This document shows positions 1-9,050 of a DNA stretch of 64,000 nucleotides, in pieces. Below the pieces are notes generated by a model. The model did no database searches. It saw only the letters and a list, made by a program, of their open reading frames with translations, and was not told where the DNA came from. The DNA lies in the NCBI GenBank assembly GCA_041391365.1, contig JAWKOC010000004.1, forward strand, positions 82,804 through 146,803, read 5' to 3'. Source of the stretch: Bdellovibrionota bacterium. Lineage in GTDB: Bacteria > Bdellovibrionota_G > JALEGL01 > JAGRMV01. How positions within the stretch are numbered: position 1 is the first letter of the stretch; each line of letters starts with the position of its first letter. The position numbers and the translations under genes were made by a program.

Positions 1-668
1 TCAGCCCCTCGCTCGTGTGCTTTTTCTGCCAGCATCAGACCCATGGTGCCGGTAGATGGGTTGGAAAAAAAACGAACAGCATCCAAATACTCTCGCGTGG
101 GACCCGCCGTGTCCACGACCTTTTTTCCAGAAAGGGGACCCGTGCAACGACTTTGCAAGGTGCGTGAGATGATCAGATCTACATCGGCCATGGCACCTTG
201 ACCGATTTCTCCACAAGCCAATTCACCCTCCCGAGGATCGATGACTTGCACGCCCCGAGAAATCAACGTTTGAAGATTGGCTTGAACTGCAGGGTGATTC
301 CACATGAACGTATTCATCGCAGGCGATAGCCACAAGGGTCCGGAATAGGCCAAAGCTACGGTGGTGATCAAGTGATCGGCTTTTCCATGCGCCAGGTCTG
401 CCAAAAGATTCGCACTGGCTGGAGCAATCAAAAAAAGATCCGCCCATCGAGCCAGGTCAATGTGTTCGGTGGCAAAGCTTTTTTTGCCAAAGGTATGTGT
501 GGCAACTTTTCTCTGCGTGAGAGATTCAAAGGTCAATGCACTCACAAATTTTTCTGCATTGGGACTCATGATGACCTGAACTGTTTGGCCTTGTTTTTGA
601 AATCCGCGCACCAGTTCGCAAGCTTTGTATGCGGCAATGCTTCCACTGACTCCAAGCAAGATGTTCAT
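1..668 (-). CDS. coaBC: CoaBC (Dfp) phosphopantothenoylcysteine decarboxylase / phosphopantothenate-cysteine ligase, 5' part only (gene runs off the left edge)
   Basis: Absent from the ORF track because it has no stop inside the window. Hand translation of the minus strand from the ATG at 666-668 gives [41 protein letters not shown]...[24 protein letters not shown]...[20 protein letters not shown]...[27 protein letters not shown], with no stop down to nt 3. This is a flavoprotein (CoaC) domain followed by the start of the CoaB domain. The + ORF 372..692 is its antisense shadow. Confidence 0.9.
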   Translation of the reverse strand, partial: MNILLGVSGSIAAYKACELVRGFQKQGQTVQVIMSPNAEKFVSALTFESLTQRKVATHTFGKKSFATEHIDLARWADLFLIAPASANLLADLAHGKADHLITTVALAYSGPLWLSPAMNTFMWNHPAVQANLQTLISRGVQVIDPREGELACGEIGQGAMADVDLIISRTLQSRCTGPLSGKKVVDTAGPTREYLDAVRFFSNPSTGTMGLMLAEKAHERGA

Positions 669-670
669 GC

Positions 671-1432
671 TTACCCCTCCATCAGATGTTGATAAATTTT
701 GGAGATTCCATAAAGAGCCAAATCTGGATGATAGCGATAATCCGAAGGTAAAATGGATCGCAGAGTGTTCATCGCTCCTCCCGTGATCAAAACCGTGGCA
801 CTCGGATCATCCAACTCTTGTTTGCATTGGTTGACCAATCCTTCGATCATGGCGGCATGTCCTCGACACAAGCCACTTTGCACAGCGGTTTCCGTTTGGT
901 TTCCGATCACGGCGGGTGGGATGCTCAAGGTAACCGCACTCAATGCGGAAGCAGCGTTGAACAGGGCCTGAGAAGAAATTCCCAATCCTGGGCAGATCGC
1001 GCCGCCGATGAATTCTCGTTTTTGGTTGACCACGGTGATGGTGGTTGCGGTTCCAGCATCCACCAAGATCAATGGAGGGCTATACAAATCCAATCCTGCT
1101 TGTGCAGCACTGATCAAATCAGGCCCCAAGGTTTGAGGATTGGGCAAGGTGATGGAAAAATCAATGGGACTGAGATGAGTGACAAAATGAATCGGTGTTT
1201 GCACGGGTGCATTTCGGATTTCACCGGTGAGTTCGGGAACCACCGAAGAAATACACAATGCATCTTGGTCCGCGATCGAGGTCTGGGCTTTGCTCAAATA
1301 CTGATCCACATTGGCAAAAAACTCATCGGCCAATCGTTTTTTTTCCGTGCGAAATTTCCAACTATGGACAAGTCTTTGATGGTCAAACAATCCCAGTGCA
1401 GTTTTGGTGTTTCCGATGTCGATGGCCAGCAT
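671..1432 (-). CDS. coaX: Type III pantothenate kinase (CoaX/Baf family)
   Basis: 253-aa ORF. The N-terminal [11 protein letters not shown] motif and a later [10 protein letters not shown] motif are typical of type III PanK. It lies directly upstream of coaBC on the same strand. Confidence 0.9.
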   Translation of the reverse strand: MLAIDIGNTKTALGLFDHQRLVHSWKFRTEKKRLADEFFANVDQYLSKAQTSIADQDALCISSVVPELTGEIRNAPVQTPIHFVTHLSPIDFSITLPNPQTLGPDLISAAQAGLDLYSPPLILVDAGTATTITVVNQKREFIGGAICPGLGISSQALFNAASALSAVTLSIPPAVIGNQTETAVQSGLCRGHAAMIEGLVNQCKQELDDPSATVLITGGAMNTLRSILPSDYRYHPDLALYGISKIYQHLMEG

Positions 1433-1441
1433 GAAAATTCC

Positions 1442-2215
1442 TCACACCTTGGATTTGGTATCGGTGATGAAACCTTGAATTTGTTCTGCGATGATGGATC
1501 GCAAATCAATGCGAGGTTTGGCAAACGATGGAATGGGATAGGTTGCCAAGCCAAGCAGATCATTGATCACAAGCACCTGTCCATCACAGTCGTCTCCGGA
1601 ACCAATGCCAATGGTCGGAATGTGCAATTCTTGTGTGATTTTTTTGGTGAGAGTGTTTTCGGTGCATTCAATGACCACAGAAAAAGCTCCAGCTTTTTCC
1701 ACCGCCAAGGCATCTTGAAAAATTCTTCCGGCGGTTTGTTCGGTTTTTCCTTGTTTGGCAAAGCCGCCCAGTTGGTGAACGTATTGCGGAGTCAGTCCAA
1801 TGTGCGCCATGACAGGAATGCCATTGGAGGTGATTTTTTCAATCATGGGGGCTACGTTTTTTCCGCCTTCGAGCTTGATGGCCTGCGCGCCTCCCTCTGA
1901 AATCAGACGGCAAGCATTTCGAAAGGCCTGCTCGGGGCTCTCTTGGTACGAGCCAAAAGGCATGTCTGCAACGACAAAACTTTGCGTGGCCGATCGTGTG
2001 ACCGCTCGCGTATGGTGGATCATGTCCTCCATTCGCACACGAAGAGTGTTGGGATGACCGAGCATCACATTGCCCAGAGAGTCACCCACGAGAATGATGT
2101 CAATCCCCACCTGCTCCAAAATTTTTGCCATTTGAGCGTCATAGGCTGTCAACACGGCCAATTTTTCTTTGCCCTTGGATTGAATGAAATCTTTGATGGT
2201 CGGATGTTTGGCCAT
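1442..2215 (-). CDS. panB: 3-methyl-2-oxobutanoate hydroxymethyltransferase (ketopantoate hydroxymethyltransferase)
   Basis: The ORF 1442..2308 contains MAKHPTIKDF...LAVLTAYDAQMAKILEQVGIDIILVGDSLGNVMLGH...VVADMPFGSY...AIKLEGG, canonical PanB. The likely start is the internal ATG at 2215 (MAKHPT); the 31 upstream codons look non-coding. Confidence 0.9.
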   Translation of the reverse strand: MAKHPTIKDFIQSKGKEKLAVLTAYDAQMAKILEQVGIDIILVGDSLGNVMLGHPNTLRVRMEDMIHHTRAVTRSATQSFVVADMPFGSYQESPEQAFRNACRLISEGGAQAIKLEGGKNVAPMIEKITSNGIPVMAHIGLTPQYVHQLGGFAKQGKTEQTAGRIFQDALAVEKAGAFSVVIECTENTLTKKITQELHIPTIGIGSGDDCDGQVLVINDLLGLATYPIPSFAKPRIDLRSIIAEQIQGFITDTKSKV

Positions 2216-2356
2216 GATGTGGGGTATATCACCCAGCCTTTTTCCGCACAAGGTCCCATTCCCGGCAGGCAAAGAGCCCAAAGCGCTGGGTGATGAGTTG
2301 TGGTACAATGGGGGTAGATATGAAATGGGGAATGATCATCGCGGTAGTTTCCCTCC

Positions 2357-2908
2357 TTGTGGGGGCCAGTCAGGGGCATATGGGCCCAGGACGATGATTT
2401 TTTTAGTCCTCCTCCCGTAAGCTCCGACCCACCTCCTTGGGTCAGCGGAGATTCTGGGAGTTCTGGTGGAGATCAAGCTGCCCCAAGCACCTCCGGAGCC
2501 GATGATGCCCCAGCGGTGCCATTTTTTCCGGGCATGGATGACGAAGAAGATTTTGCCCCTTCCTATTCCTCAGGATCGTCCTCTCGATCCAGCTCTTCCG
2601 CAGCTCCCAAAGATAGCTTCAAATGGGCGGGAGAAGAAGAAGGAGAAGAAAAGTGCATTGGATGGGGAAATCCCTTGCTCGGGACCCAACTTTTCGATTC
2701 TCAAACCCAATGCGAAGCTGAAGTTTCCAGTCAGATTGACAAATTCAAAAAAACGATTCGGTTTGTGGAAGAAAATTTTGAAAACTACAAACTCAAGCAC
2801 CAAATCAAAAAGAATATCAGCAGAGAAGAAGCAAAAACCTATCATCTTGATTTTGTAGAGTCTGAAAAAGTGTTTGGACAGTCTCACGGGTGCATTTGCC
2901 TTGGGTGA
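2357..2908 (+). CDS. Hypothetical Ser/Pro/Asp-rich protein with a Cys-containing C-terminal domain; probably secreted, N-terminus apparently split by a frameshift
   Basis: 183-aa ORF starting at a TTG. A 25-codon ORF in another frame (2320..2397, MKWGMIIAVVSLLVGASQGHMGPGR) looks like its missing signal peptide. There is no recognisable family. Confidence 0.5.
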   Translation: MWGPVRGIWAQDDDFFSPPPVSSDPPPWVSGDSGSSGGDQAAPSTSGADDAPAVPFFPGMDDEEDFAPSYSSGSSSRSSSSAAPKDSFKWAGEEEGEEKCIGWGNPLLGTQLFDSQTQCEAEVSSQIDKFKKTIRFVEENFENYKLKHQIKKNISREEAKTYHLDFVESEKVFGQSHGCICLG

Positions 2909-2932
2909 GTGATGCTGCTATAGACAGCATCT

Positions 2933-3490
2933 ATGTCGATCAAATCAGATTCATGGATCATCTCCATGGCAGAAAAGGGAATGATTGAACCTTTCGAACC
3001 TGCTCAGGTTCGAAAAGGTGCAATTTCATTTGGGGTTTCCAGTTATGGGTATGATTTCCGTATTTCGGATGAGTTTAAAATTCTCAATCCTGAATATGGG
3101 GATGTGATTGATCCCAAAGGTGATCAGGAGAAAATGTACAAAAGCATCAAAGCTTCTACGTACATCATTCCTCCCAGTGAATTTGTCTTGGCCAAAACGG
3201 TAGAATATTTTCGAATTCCTCGTGACATTCTGACCATCTGTTATGGAAAATCAACCTATGCACGTTGTGGGCTTCATGTGAACGTGACACCCTTTGAACC
3301 CGAGTGGGAAGGTTTTGCCACCATTTCCTTGATCAATGCAACTCATGTCCCTGTTAAAATTTATGCCGGTGAGGGCATTGGTCAATTGTTGTTTTTGCAG
3401 AGTGATGAAGCATGCAAAACATCCTATGCGGACAAAAAAGGGAAATATCAAGCCCAGCAAGAAATCACCACGTCCAAAATCGATCAATAG
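2933..3490 (+). CDS. dcd: dCTP deaminase
   Basis: 185-aa [12 protein letters not shown]...[10 protein letters not shown]...[32 protein letters not shown]...GEGIGQLLF, a typical Dcd. Confidence 0.9.
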   Translation: MSIKSDSWIISMAEKGMIEPFEPAQVRKGAISFGVSSYGYDFRISDEFKILNPEYGDVIDPKGDQEKMYKSIKASTYIIPPSEFVLAKTVEYFRIPRDILTICYGKSTYARCGLHVNVTPFEPEWEGFATISLINATHVPVKIYAGEGIGQLLFLQSDEACKTSYADKKGKYQAQQEITTSKIDQ

Positions 3491-3766
3491 GAGGGGATGG
3501 CCATGAACCAATGGTTGCAAGATGTCTTTTCGATGCCATTGTTTCCTCATCTTTATATGATCCCTTAGACCTTTGTGGTTGGGTTGGCTCTGGGATATCA
3601 TTTGCGTGGAAAAACCGACGAGGAAGAAGAAATTCTTCCCACCAAACCCAAGATCTAGAAAAAGAATGGTTCGCGCAGGCTCTGTTTCCAAGGGGTTAGC
3701 TTTGATCTCAAAAAACGCCCTTTACCTCATGCTCGAAATCACGATACCATAGAAAGTTGATAGATT

Positions 3767-4519
3767 ATGAATCCGTCCTCACGAAATGTTCGCTTATCTT
3801 TTGGATTGCCGTTGACGCCTGTGGTTCGGAATTTGATGTGGATCAATGCGATTGTGTTTGTTTGTATGCTATTGGTTCAAAATCAGACCTTCTTTTTGGA
3901 CATTAGCTATCCAGCAGCCATCGTTCACATGCTGGGAGTCAAACCTCATTCGGTGTTGCATGAGTATGCGTTTTGGCAACCTTTTACCTATCTGTTTCTG
4001 CATGTGGGATGGATGCATCTTCTCATGAACATGTTGGGACTTTGGGTGTTTGGATCTGACGTGGAACGGATCATGGGGCCGCGCCGATTTTTGCAGTATT
4101 ATTTTTTTACGGGAGCTGGAGCGGGGTTGGTTTCTGCTTTCATGGGCATCCCAACGGTGGGTGCATCGGGAGCCATCTTTGGTCTTCTTTTGGCCTTTGG
4201 AATGTTGTTTCCCAATCGAACGTTGTACATTTATTTTATTTTTCCCATCAAGGCCAAATATGCGGTGATGCTCTTTGGTTTGATTGAGTTGGTTTTTTTG
4301 ATGATGCGTTCGGATCAAAGCATGACCAACTATGCAGCACATTTGGCGGGGCTTGCATTTGGATTGTTGTGGTTTTTGTTTCGTTTGCGAAAGTTTGATT
4401 TCAAAGGTTTTTTTCGAGACATCCAACGCAATCGAAAAAAGAAAAAGTTTCGCGTGATCTCCAATCCACCGGAGGATCAGAGTGTGAAGGATCCTTACAA
4501 CAACCACACGATTCATTAA
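3767..4519 (+). CDS. Rhomboid-family intramembrane serine protease
   Basis: 250-aa polytopic membrane ORF with HLLMNMLGLWVFG and the catalytic-Ser motif GASGAIFGLLLAFG, plus a later AHLAGLAFG (His) motif. Confidence 0.85.
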   Translation: MNPSSRNVRLSFGLPLTPVVRNLMWINAIVFVCMLLVQNQTFFLDISYPAAIVHMLGVKPHSVLHEYAFWQPFTYLFLHVGWMHLLMNMLGLWVFGSDVERIMGPRRFLQYYFFTGAGAGLVSAFMGIPTVGASGAIFGLLLAFGMLFPNRTLYIYFIFPIKAKYAVMLFGLIELVFLMMRSDQSMTNYAAHLAGLAFGLLWFLFRLRKFDFKGFFRDIQRNRKKKKFRVISNPPEDQSVKDPYNNHTIH

Positions 4520-4526
4520 AAGGTAC

Positions 4527-4977
4527 GCTCAGTCGCCGCAAGGCTCCCCCGGCCGAGGCCGGAGACAAGGGTCGCACAGACGATCTTGATCCGTTGTGAA
4601 GTCCTCTGCAGGAAATGGCTCGCCGGCACTGCAAATCTTCACTGCAGAATCACCTGCTGCGCTTGAGTTTCCTTCCGAGGATTTCACAACGTATCCCATT
4701 TCATCAGATGCAATGATCAGGGGAAAAAAGAAATAAAGAAAAAAAAGGAGATGCATGCCATGGGCATGCATCATTGTTTCTTATTTATAGGATTTTGAGA
4801 AACTCGGTACGAAAGCTATTGGAGAATTGAGACATTTTCGAGGCGGAAGCGAGAAGGCCACCGGAGCGTACCTGCGGTGTACGTGAGGATGGCCGACGAG
4901 CGACAACAATGAAAATGGCCAATGATTCAATAGCTCTGATGTTGGCCTCGGCCGGGGGGGCCTTGCGGCGACTGAGC
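4527..4977 (+). repeat. Structured intergenic element, copy 1 (shared left module and termini, unique right module)
   Basis: The left terminus GCTCAGTCGCCGCAAGGCTCCCCCGGCCGAGGCC (4527-4560) is the reverse complement of the right terminus 4944-4977, with one T:G position. Bases 4527 to about 4790 are near-identical to 10325 to about 10590 and 13603 to about 13860. It fills the whole gap between the convergent rhomboid stop (4517-4519) and folA stop (4979-4981). Confidence 0.9.
4750..4772. terminator. Central hairpin of element copy 1; putative (mainly minus-direction) intrinsic terminator
   Basis: GATGCATGCC-ATG-GGCATGCATC is a perfect 10-bp stem. A long A-tract sits upstream, which reads as a U-tract for minus-strand transcripts coming from folA. 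A weaker T-rich tract (ATTGTTTCTTATTTAT) sits downstream. Confidence 0.5.
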
Positions 4978-4978
4978 C

Positions 4979-5470
4979 TTATTTTTTGGAATACACCCTT
5001 GCAATCCAAGCATGAGCATTTTTGGGAGTTTCAGGAAAACTCACTTCCGATTCTACTTTCCATGAGGAGAGATCGATCTCTGGAAAATAAGCATCTCCCG
5101 GCGCCTCAAAATTCACATAGGTGAGATACAGTTTGTCGAGAAGAGGAAGGGCTTCTCGATAAATTTGTTCCCCACCAATGACAAAGGCCTCGGTTTCCTC
5201 GCGCTCTTTGGCGAGGTCCAGTGCTTGCTGCAAACCGTGAACCACAAAACAATCTTCGGGCACTTGGTATTCTGTGTTTCGTGTGATGGCGATTGAGGTG
5301 CGGCCCGGCAGGGGAGGGTGAGATTCAAACGTTTTTCTGCCCATGATGATGTGGTGGCCCATGGTGGTTTCTTTGAAGTATTTGAATTCCAAAGGAAGTC
5401 TCCACAACAACTTGTTGTCTTTCCCAATGACTCGGTTTCTTCCCATGGCCGCAATGGCAGAAATGATCAT
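4979..5470 (-). CDS. folA: Dihydrofolate reductase
   Basis: 163-aa [53 protein letters not shown], a canonical DHFR. It overlaps thyA by 4 nt. Confidence 0.9.
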   Translation of the reverse strand: MIISAIAAMGRNRVIGKDNKLLWRLPLEFKYFKETTMGHHIIMGRKTFESHPPLPGRTSIAITRNTEYQVPEDCFVVHGLQQALDLAKEREETEAFVIGGEQIYREALPLLDKLYLTYVNFEAPGDAYFPEIDLSSWKVESEVSFPETPKNAHAWIARVYSKK

Positions 5471-6261
5471 ACAGCTACATCTCCTTTGATGTGAGGATGA
5501 GCTTGGTACTTTGATAGCTCAAAATCCTCAAATCGAAATTCAAAAATATTTTTGACCGCAGGATTGATGGTCATGGTGGGCAAGGGATAAGGCTCTCGGG
5601 TCAATTGCAACTTGGCTTGCTCCATATGGTTGGTGTACAAATGAGCATCGCCAAGCGTATGAACAAAGTCGCCAGGTTGCAAATCACACACTTGGGCCAT
5701 CATCATCACAAGCAAGCTGTACGAAGCAATGTTGAACGGTACACCCAAAAATACATCTGCAGAACGCTGGTAGAGCTGACAAGAGAGTTTTCCTTCTGCC
5801 ACATAAAACTGAAAAAAAGCATGGCATGGTGGAAGTGCCATTTGATCCAGCTCTCCTACATTCCAGGCGCTGACGATCATTCTGCGTGAGTCGGGCTGTG
5901 TTTTGATTTGCTGGATGACCTGCGCAATTTGGTCGACGGTGGTTCCATCGGCCGCTTTCCATGATCTCCACTGGGCTCCATAGACGGGGCCAAGATTGCC
6001 GTTTTCATCAGCCCAGGCATCCCAAATTTTCACCTGATTTTCCTTGAGATAGGCGATGTTGGTATCCCCCTGGAGAAACCACAGCAGCTCGTGAATGATG
6101 GACTTGAGGTGACATTTTTTGGTGGTCACCAAGGGAAATCCTTGGCCCAAATCGAATCTCATTTGGTGTCCAAAAATGGATTTTGTCCCTGTGCCGGTTC
6201 GATCTGTTTTTTCGACGCCTTCATCCAATATTTTTTGCATTAAATTCAGATAGTTTCTCAT
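5467..6261 (-). CDS. thyA: Thymidylate synthase (ThyA type)
   Basis: 264-aa ORF with DRTGTGT, the active-site motif [12 protein letters not shown], and the C-terminal ...HIKGDVAV. Confidence 0.95.
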   Translation of the reverse strand: MRNYLNLMQKILDEGVEKTDRTGTGTKSIFGHQMRFDLGQGFPLVTTKKCHLKSIIHELLWFLQGDTNIAYLKENQVKIWDAWADENGNLGPVYGAQWRSWKAADGTTVDQIAQVIQQIKTQPDSRRMIVSAWNVGELDQMALPPCHAFFQFYVAEGKLSCQLYQRSADVFLGVPFNIASYSLLVMMMAQVCDLQPGDFVHTLGDAHLYTNHMEQAKLQLTREPYPLPTMTINPAVKNIFEFRFEDFELSKYQAHPHIKGDVAV

Positions 6262-6357
6262 AACAGCCCTCTATGAATAGTATGCCTCTCTTCAAATGTC
6301 CACCTCTTCGAAAAGCTCGTGACCTATTTTTGTAGGCCATGGTATAGACACAAGGTT

Positions 6358-9021
6358 ATGCAGTCACAAATGCAATTTGAAAACGTATCCTCCGATTCTC
6401 AGAGCTCAACCCCAAAGACTTCTCCCGCGTCCCAAGCTTCTCAGACGCCGCTGATGAAGCAATACTGGGAGATCAAATCTACGTGTCCAGACGCGATTTT
6501 GTTTTTTCGTTTGGGGGATTTTTATGAAATGTTCTTTGACGATGCTGTCAAAGCTGCGCCAATTCTGGGAATTGCGCTGACTTCCAGGGACAAAAATGCG
6601 CAGAATCCGGTTCCTCTTTGTGGCGTTCCTTTTCATAGCTCTCAGAGTTATGTAGCCAAACTTTTGGATGCAGGTTTGAAAGTGGCCATCTGTGAGCAGG
6701 TTGAAGATGCCTCCCAGAGCAAAGGAATTGTCAAACGAGAGATCATCAAAGTGATCACACCCGGACTTCGCACAGACGAAGAGGGCCTTGCGCCCATGGC
6801 ACAAAACTTTGTGTTGTCCCTGTGTGTTCGAACGTTGCCCAATGAGTTGCATGAATACACCTTGGGCTGTTTGGACTATGCCTCAGGCTCCATAGAAGTC
6901 ATGACCCGAAATCACATCGAAGATCTCATGGATGAAATCGATCGAATCAATCCTGTTGAGATCCTGGTCTTTGATCATACCGACGATGCACAGTGGATCG
7001 AGCGTTATGCCCCCGAGCGTATGTCCAATGTGCATCAGATTCCTCAGTGGGTGTTTTCGCAGGCCAAAGAAGAAATCAAAAAACACTTGAATGTGATGGA
7101 TTTGGGAATGTTGGGTTTGGATCATATTCCTCATGCCTTGGAATCCTGCGCGGCTTTGTATCATTATGTTGGAGTCGAAAACCAAGCCTCGTTGGCCCAT
7201 CTTCAACTTCCCAAACAGCATCGTGATCAGCGCTATATGGTACTCGACCATCATACCATTGAACACTTGGAACTTTTGGATCGTGGCGCCAAATCTGAAA
7301 ACAGTTTGTTTTCCATTTTGAATCAAACCAAAACCAGCATGGGAGCGCGTCGCCTCAAACAGTGGATGGTTCGTCCTTTGTGTGAGCGAGAGCCCATCGA
7401 GCAGCGCTACGATGCCATTGAGATTTTGATCCAAGAGAGAGAACTTCGCAAAGAGCTGAGAGTTCATCTGGCACACGTGTTTGATGTGGAACGAATTTTA
7501 TCTCGTTTGAGTTCGAAGAATGCAAGTCTGAGAGATTTGATCAGTCTATTGGAATCATTGCAACGTGCTTCCCAGATCAAACAACAGCTGGCCCATCTCC
7601 CCAAAACTTTTTTTGCAGGGATCGAAGACTTGTTGGATCCTCTGCCTGCATTGCAAGATTTGTTGCAGCAGTCGTTGAACCTTGAATCTGATTTTTCCAA
7701 ACACTCTTATCTGATCAAAGATGGCTATCATGCGGAGCTCGATCGATGGAGAAACATTGCCAAAGGAAATCGAAATTGGATTTTGGAACTGGAACAGAAA
7801 CAACGAAAAGAGACCGGCATCTCCTCCCTCAAAGTCGGGTACAATAAGGTTTTTGGATATTATCTGGAAGTGACAAACACTCATCGAGATAAAATACCCG
7901 CCCACTACATTCGAAAACAAACGCTGGCCAATGCAGAACGTTTTGTGACCCCTGAATTGAAAGAAAAAGAGTTGGAGATTGAAAACTCCAAACAAGAGAT
8001 GGAAAAGCTTGAAATGCAGTTGTTTCAGGAACTACGTCAAAACGTCTCAATGGAAAAAGACAAACTGCAGACCCTTGCAGATCATTTGGCTCAGCTGGAT
8101 GCAATGGTGTCTTTGGCGCAAGTATGTGCAGACTATGCCTATGTTCGCCCTGTCATACAAGATGGAGATGATTTGATTCTTGATCAAGGAAGACATCCTG
8201 TGGTGGAGCGTAGTCTTGCACTCACTGAGCCGTTTGTTCCCAACAGTGTGCACTTTACCTCCCATGGCAAGAGAATGATTTTGCTCACCGGTCCAAACAT
8301 GGCCGGAAAATCTACGGTGATGAGACAGGTGGGGTTGATCGTGATCATGGCACAGATGGGTTGTTTTGTGCCTGCAGAACAACTAAAATTTTCTTTGGTC
8401 GATCGTGTGTTTACACGCATTGGAGCCTCGGATGATTTGGCAAAAGGTCGGTCCACATTCATGATGGAAATGAGTGAAGCCGCATACATTTTGCATCACG
8501 CGACGCCAAAATCTCTGATTTTGCTGGATGAATTGGGAAGAGGCACAAGCACCTACGATGGATTGTCGATTGCTTGGGCGATCATGGAGCATCTGGATCA
8601 GAAGATTTGTGCAAAAACCATTTTTGCCACGCACTATCATGAGCTCACTTCTCTTGCACAACAGTCTGATACCATCGAAAACATGAGAATGACGATCCAA
8701 GAATGGGAAGGCAAAATAGTGTTTTTGAGAAAATTGGAGATGGGCAGCATTCAAAAAAGCTATGGAATTGAAGTGGCTCGATTGGCAGGAATGGAAACGA
8801 GCATCACCCAAAGAGCGCAGCAGATTTTGAAAGGCCTAGAGAAAACATCTTCTACCACGTCTCTTGGAGATCTTCCTCCACTCAGCGCGGAACCTGAAAT
8901 GTTGCAACCCACTCCCATGGAGATGTGGGTGGATCAGCTTGATCCAGACCAGATGAGCCCCAAGCAGGCCCTGGATCGACTCTACGAGTTGAAAAAAATA
9001 CGAAACTCTTCAAAAAATTGA
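6358..9021 (+). CDS. mutS: DNA mismatch repair protein MutS
   Basis: The ORF 6319..9021 contains TPLMKQYWEIK, GDFYEMFFDDA, the Walker A motif GPNMAGKST, DELGRGTSTYDG and FATHYHEL. The likely start is the ATG at 6358 (MQSQMQF). Confidence 0.95.
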   Translation: MQSQMQFENVSSDSQSSTPKTSPASQASQTPLMKQYWEIKSTCPDAILFFRLGDFYEMFFDDAVKAAPILGIALTSRDKNAQNPVPLCGVPFHSSQSYVAKLLDAGLKVAICEQVEDASQSKGIVKREIIKVITPGLRTDEEGLAPMAQNFVLSLCVRTLPNELHEYTLGCLDYASGSIEVMTRNHIEDLMDEIDRINPVEILVFDHTDDAQWIERYAPERMSNVHQIPQWVFSQAKEEIKKHLNVMDLGMLGLDHIPHALESCAALYHYVGVENQASLAHLQLPKQHRDQRYMVLDHHTIEHLELLDRGAKSENSLFSILNQTKTSMGARRLKQWMVRPLCEREPIEQRYDAIEILIQERELRKELRVHLAHVFDVERILSRLSSKNASLRDLISLLESLQRASQIKQQLAHLPKTFFAGIEDLLDPLPALQDLLQQSLNLESDFSKHSYLIKDGYHAELDRWRNIAKGNRNWILELEQKQRKETGISSLKVGYNKVFGYYLEVTNTHRDKIPAHYIRKQTLANAERFVTPELKEKELEIENSKQEMEKLEMQLFQELRQNVSMEKDKLQTLADHLAQLDAMVSLAQVCADYAYVRPVIQDGDDLILDQGRHPVVERSLALTEPFVPNSVHFTSHGKRMILLTGPNMAGKSTVMRQVGLIVIMAQMGCFVPAEQLKFSLVDRVFTRIGASDDLAKGRSTFMMEMSEAAYILHHATPKSLILLDELGRGTSTYDGLSIAWAIMEHLDQKICAKTIFATHYHELTSLAQQSDTIENMRMTIQEWEGKIVFLRKLEMGSIQKSYGIEVARLAGMETSITQRAQQILKGLEKTSSTTSLGDLPPLSAEPEMLQPTPMEMWVDQLDPDQMSPKQALDRLYELKKIRNSSKN

Positions 9022-9050
9022 TCCTCTGTTATACTTGGAATGCAAAAGAT

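Noticed and set aside
372-692. 106-aa + strand ORF, and the small minus ORFs 1..216 and 223..447, at the left edge
   Set aside because: They overlap a continuous, stop-free minus-strand frame encoding an unmistakable CoaBC. They are shadow or out-of-frame ORFs.
818-1900. 360-aa + strand ORF antisense to coaX and panB
   Set aside because: It lies fully inside two strongly supported minus-strand genes. The translation is low-complexity (G/S/R/H-rich) with no motif.
3491-3766. A strong AGGAGG followed by a 23-codon ORF (MAMNQWLQDVFSMPLFPHLYMIP) after dcd, and the 146-aa minus ORF 3251..3691
   Set aside because: The ORF is too short and featureless to support from sequence alone. The minus ORF overlaps the dcd 3' end and has no motif.
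3767-4519. Rhomboid protease as the dedicated rhombosortase for the GGC...RRK C-terminal signal at 45026..45115
   Set aside because: The genes are 40 kb apart. The 250-aa protein looks like a generic GlpG-type rhomboid. There is no sequence-level evidence linking them.
4701-4707. A CUGAUGA motif (minus strand of TCATCAG) in the element, suggesting a hammerhead ribozyme
   Set aside because: No properly placed stem II followed by GAAA, and no cleavage-site triplet with a closing stem I, could be drawn. The nearby complementarity is already explained by the left-arm long hairpin.
4529-4774. 81-aa minus-strand ORFs inside the repeat element (also 10327..10572 and 13650..14015), and the + ORF 13672..13956
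   Set aside because: Differences between copies are all non-synonymous in these frames. A-tract length changes shift the frame between copies. The ORFs run through the central hairpin and terminal stems. They have no start context, so they were judged non-coding.
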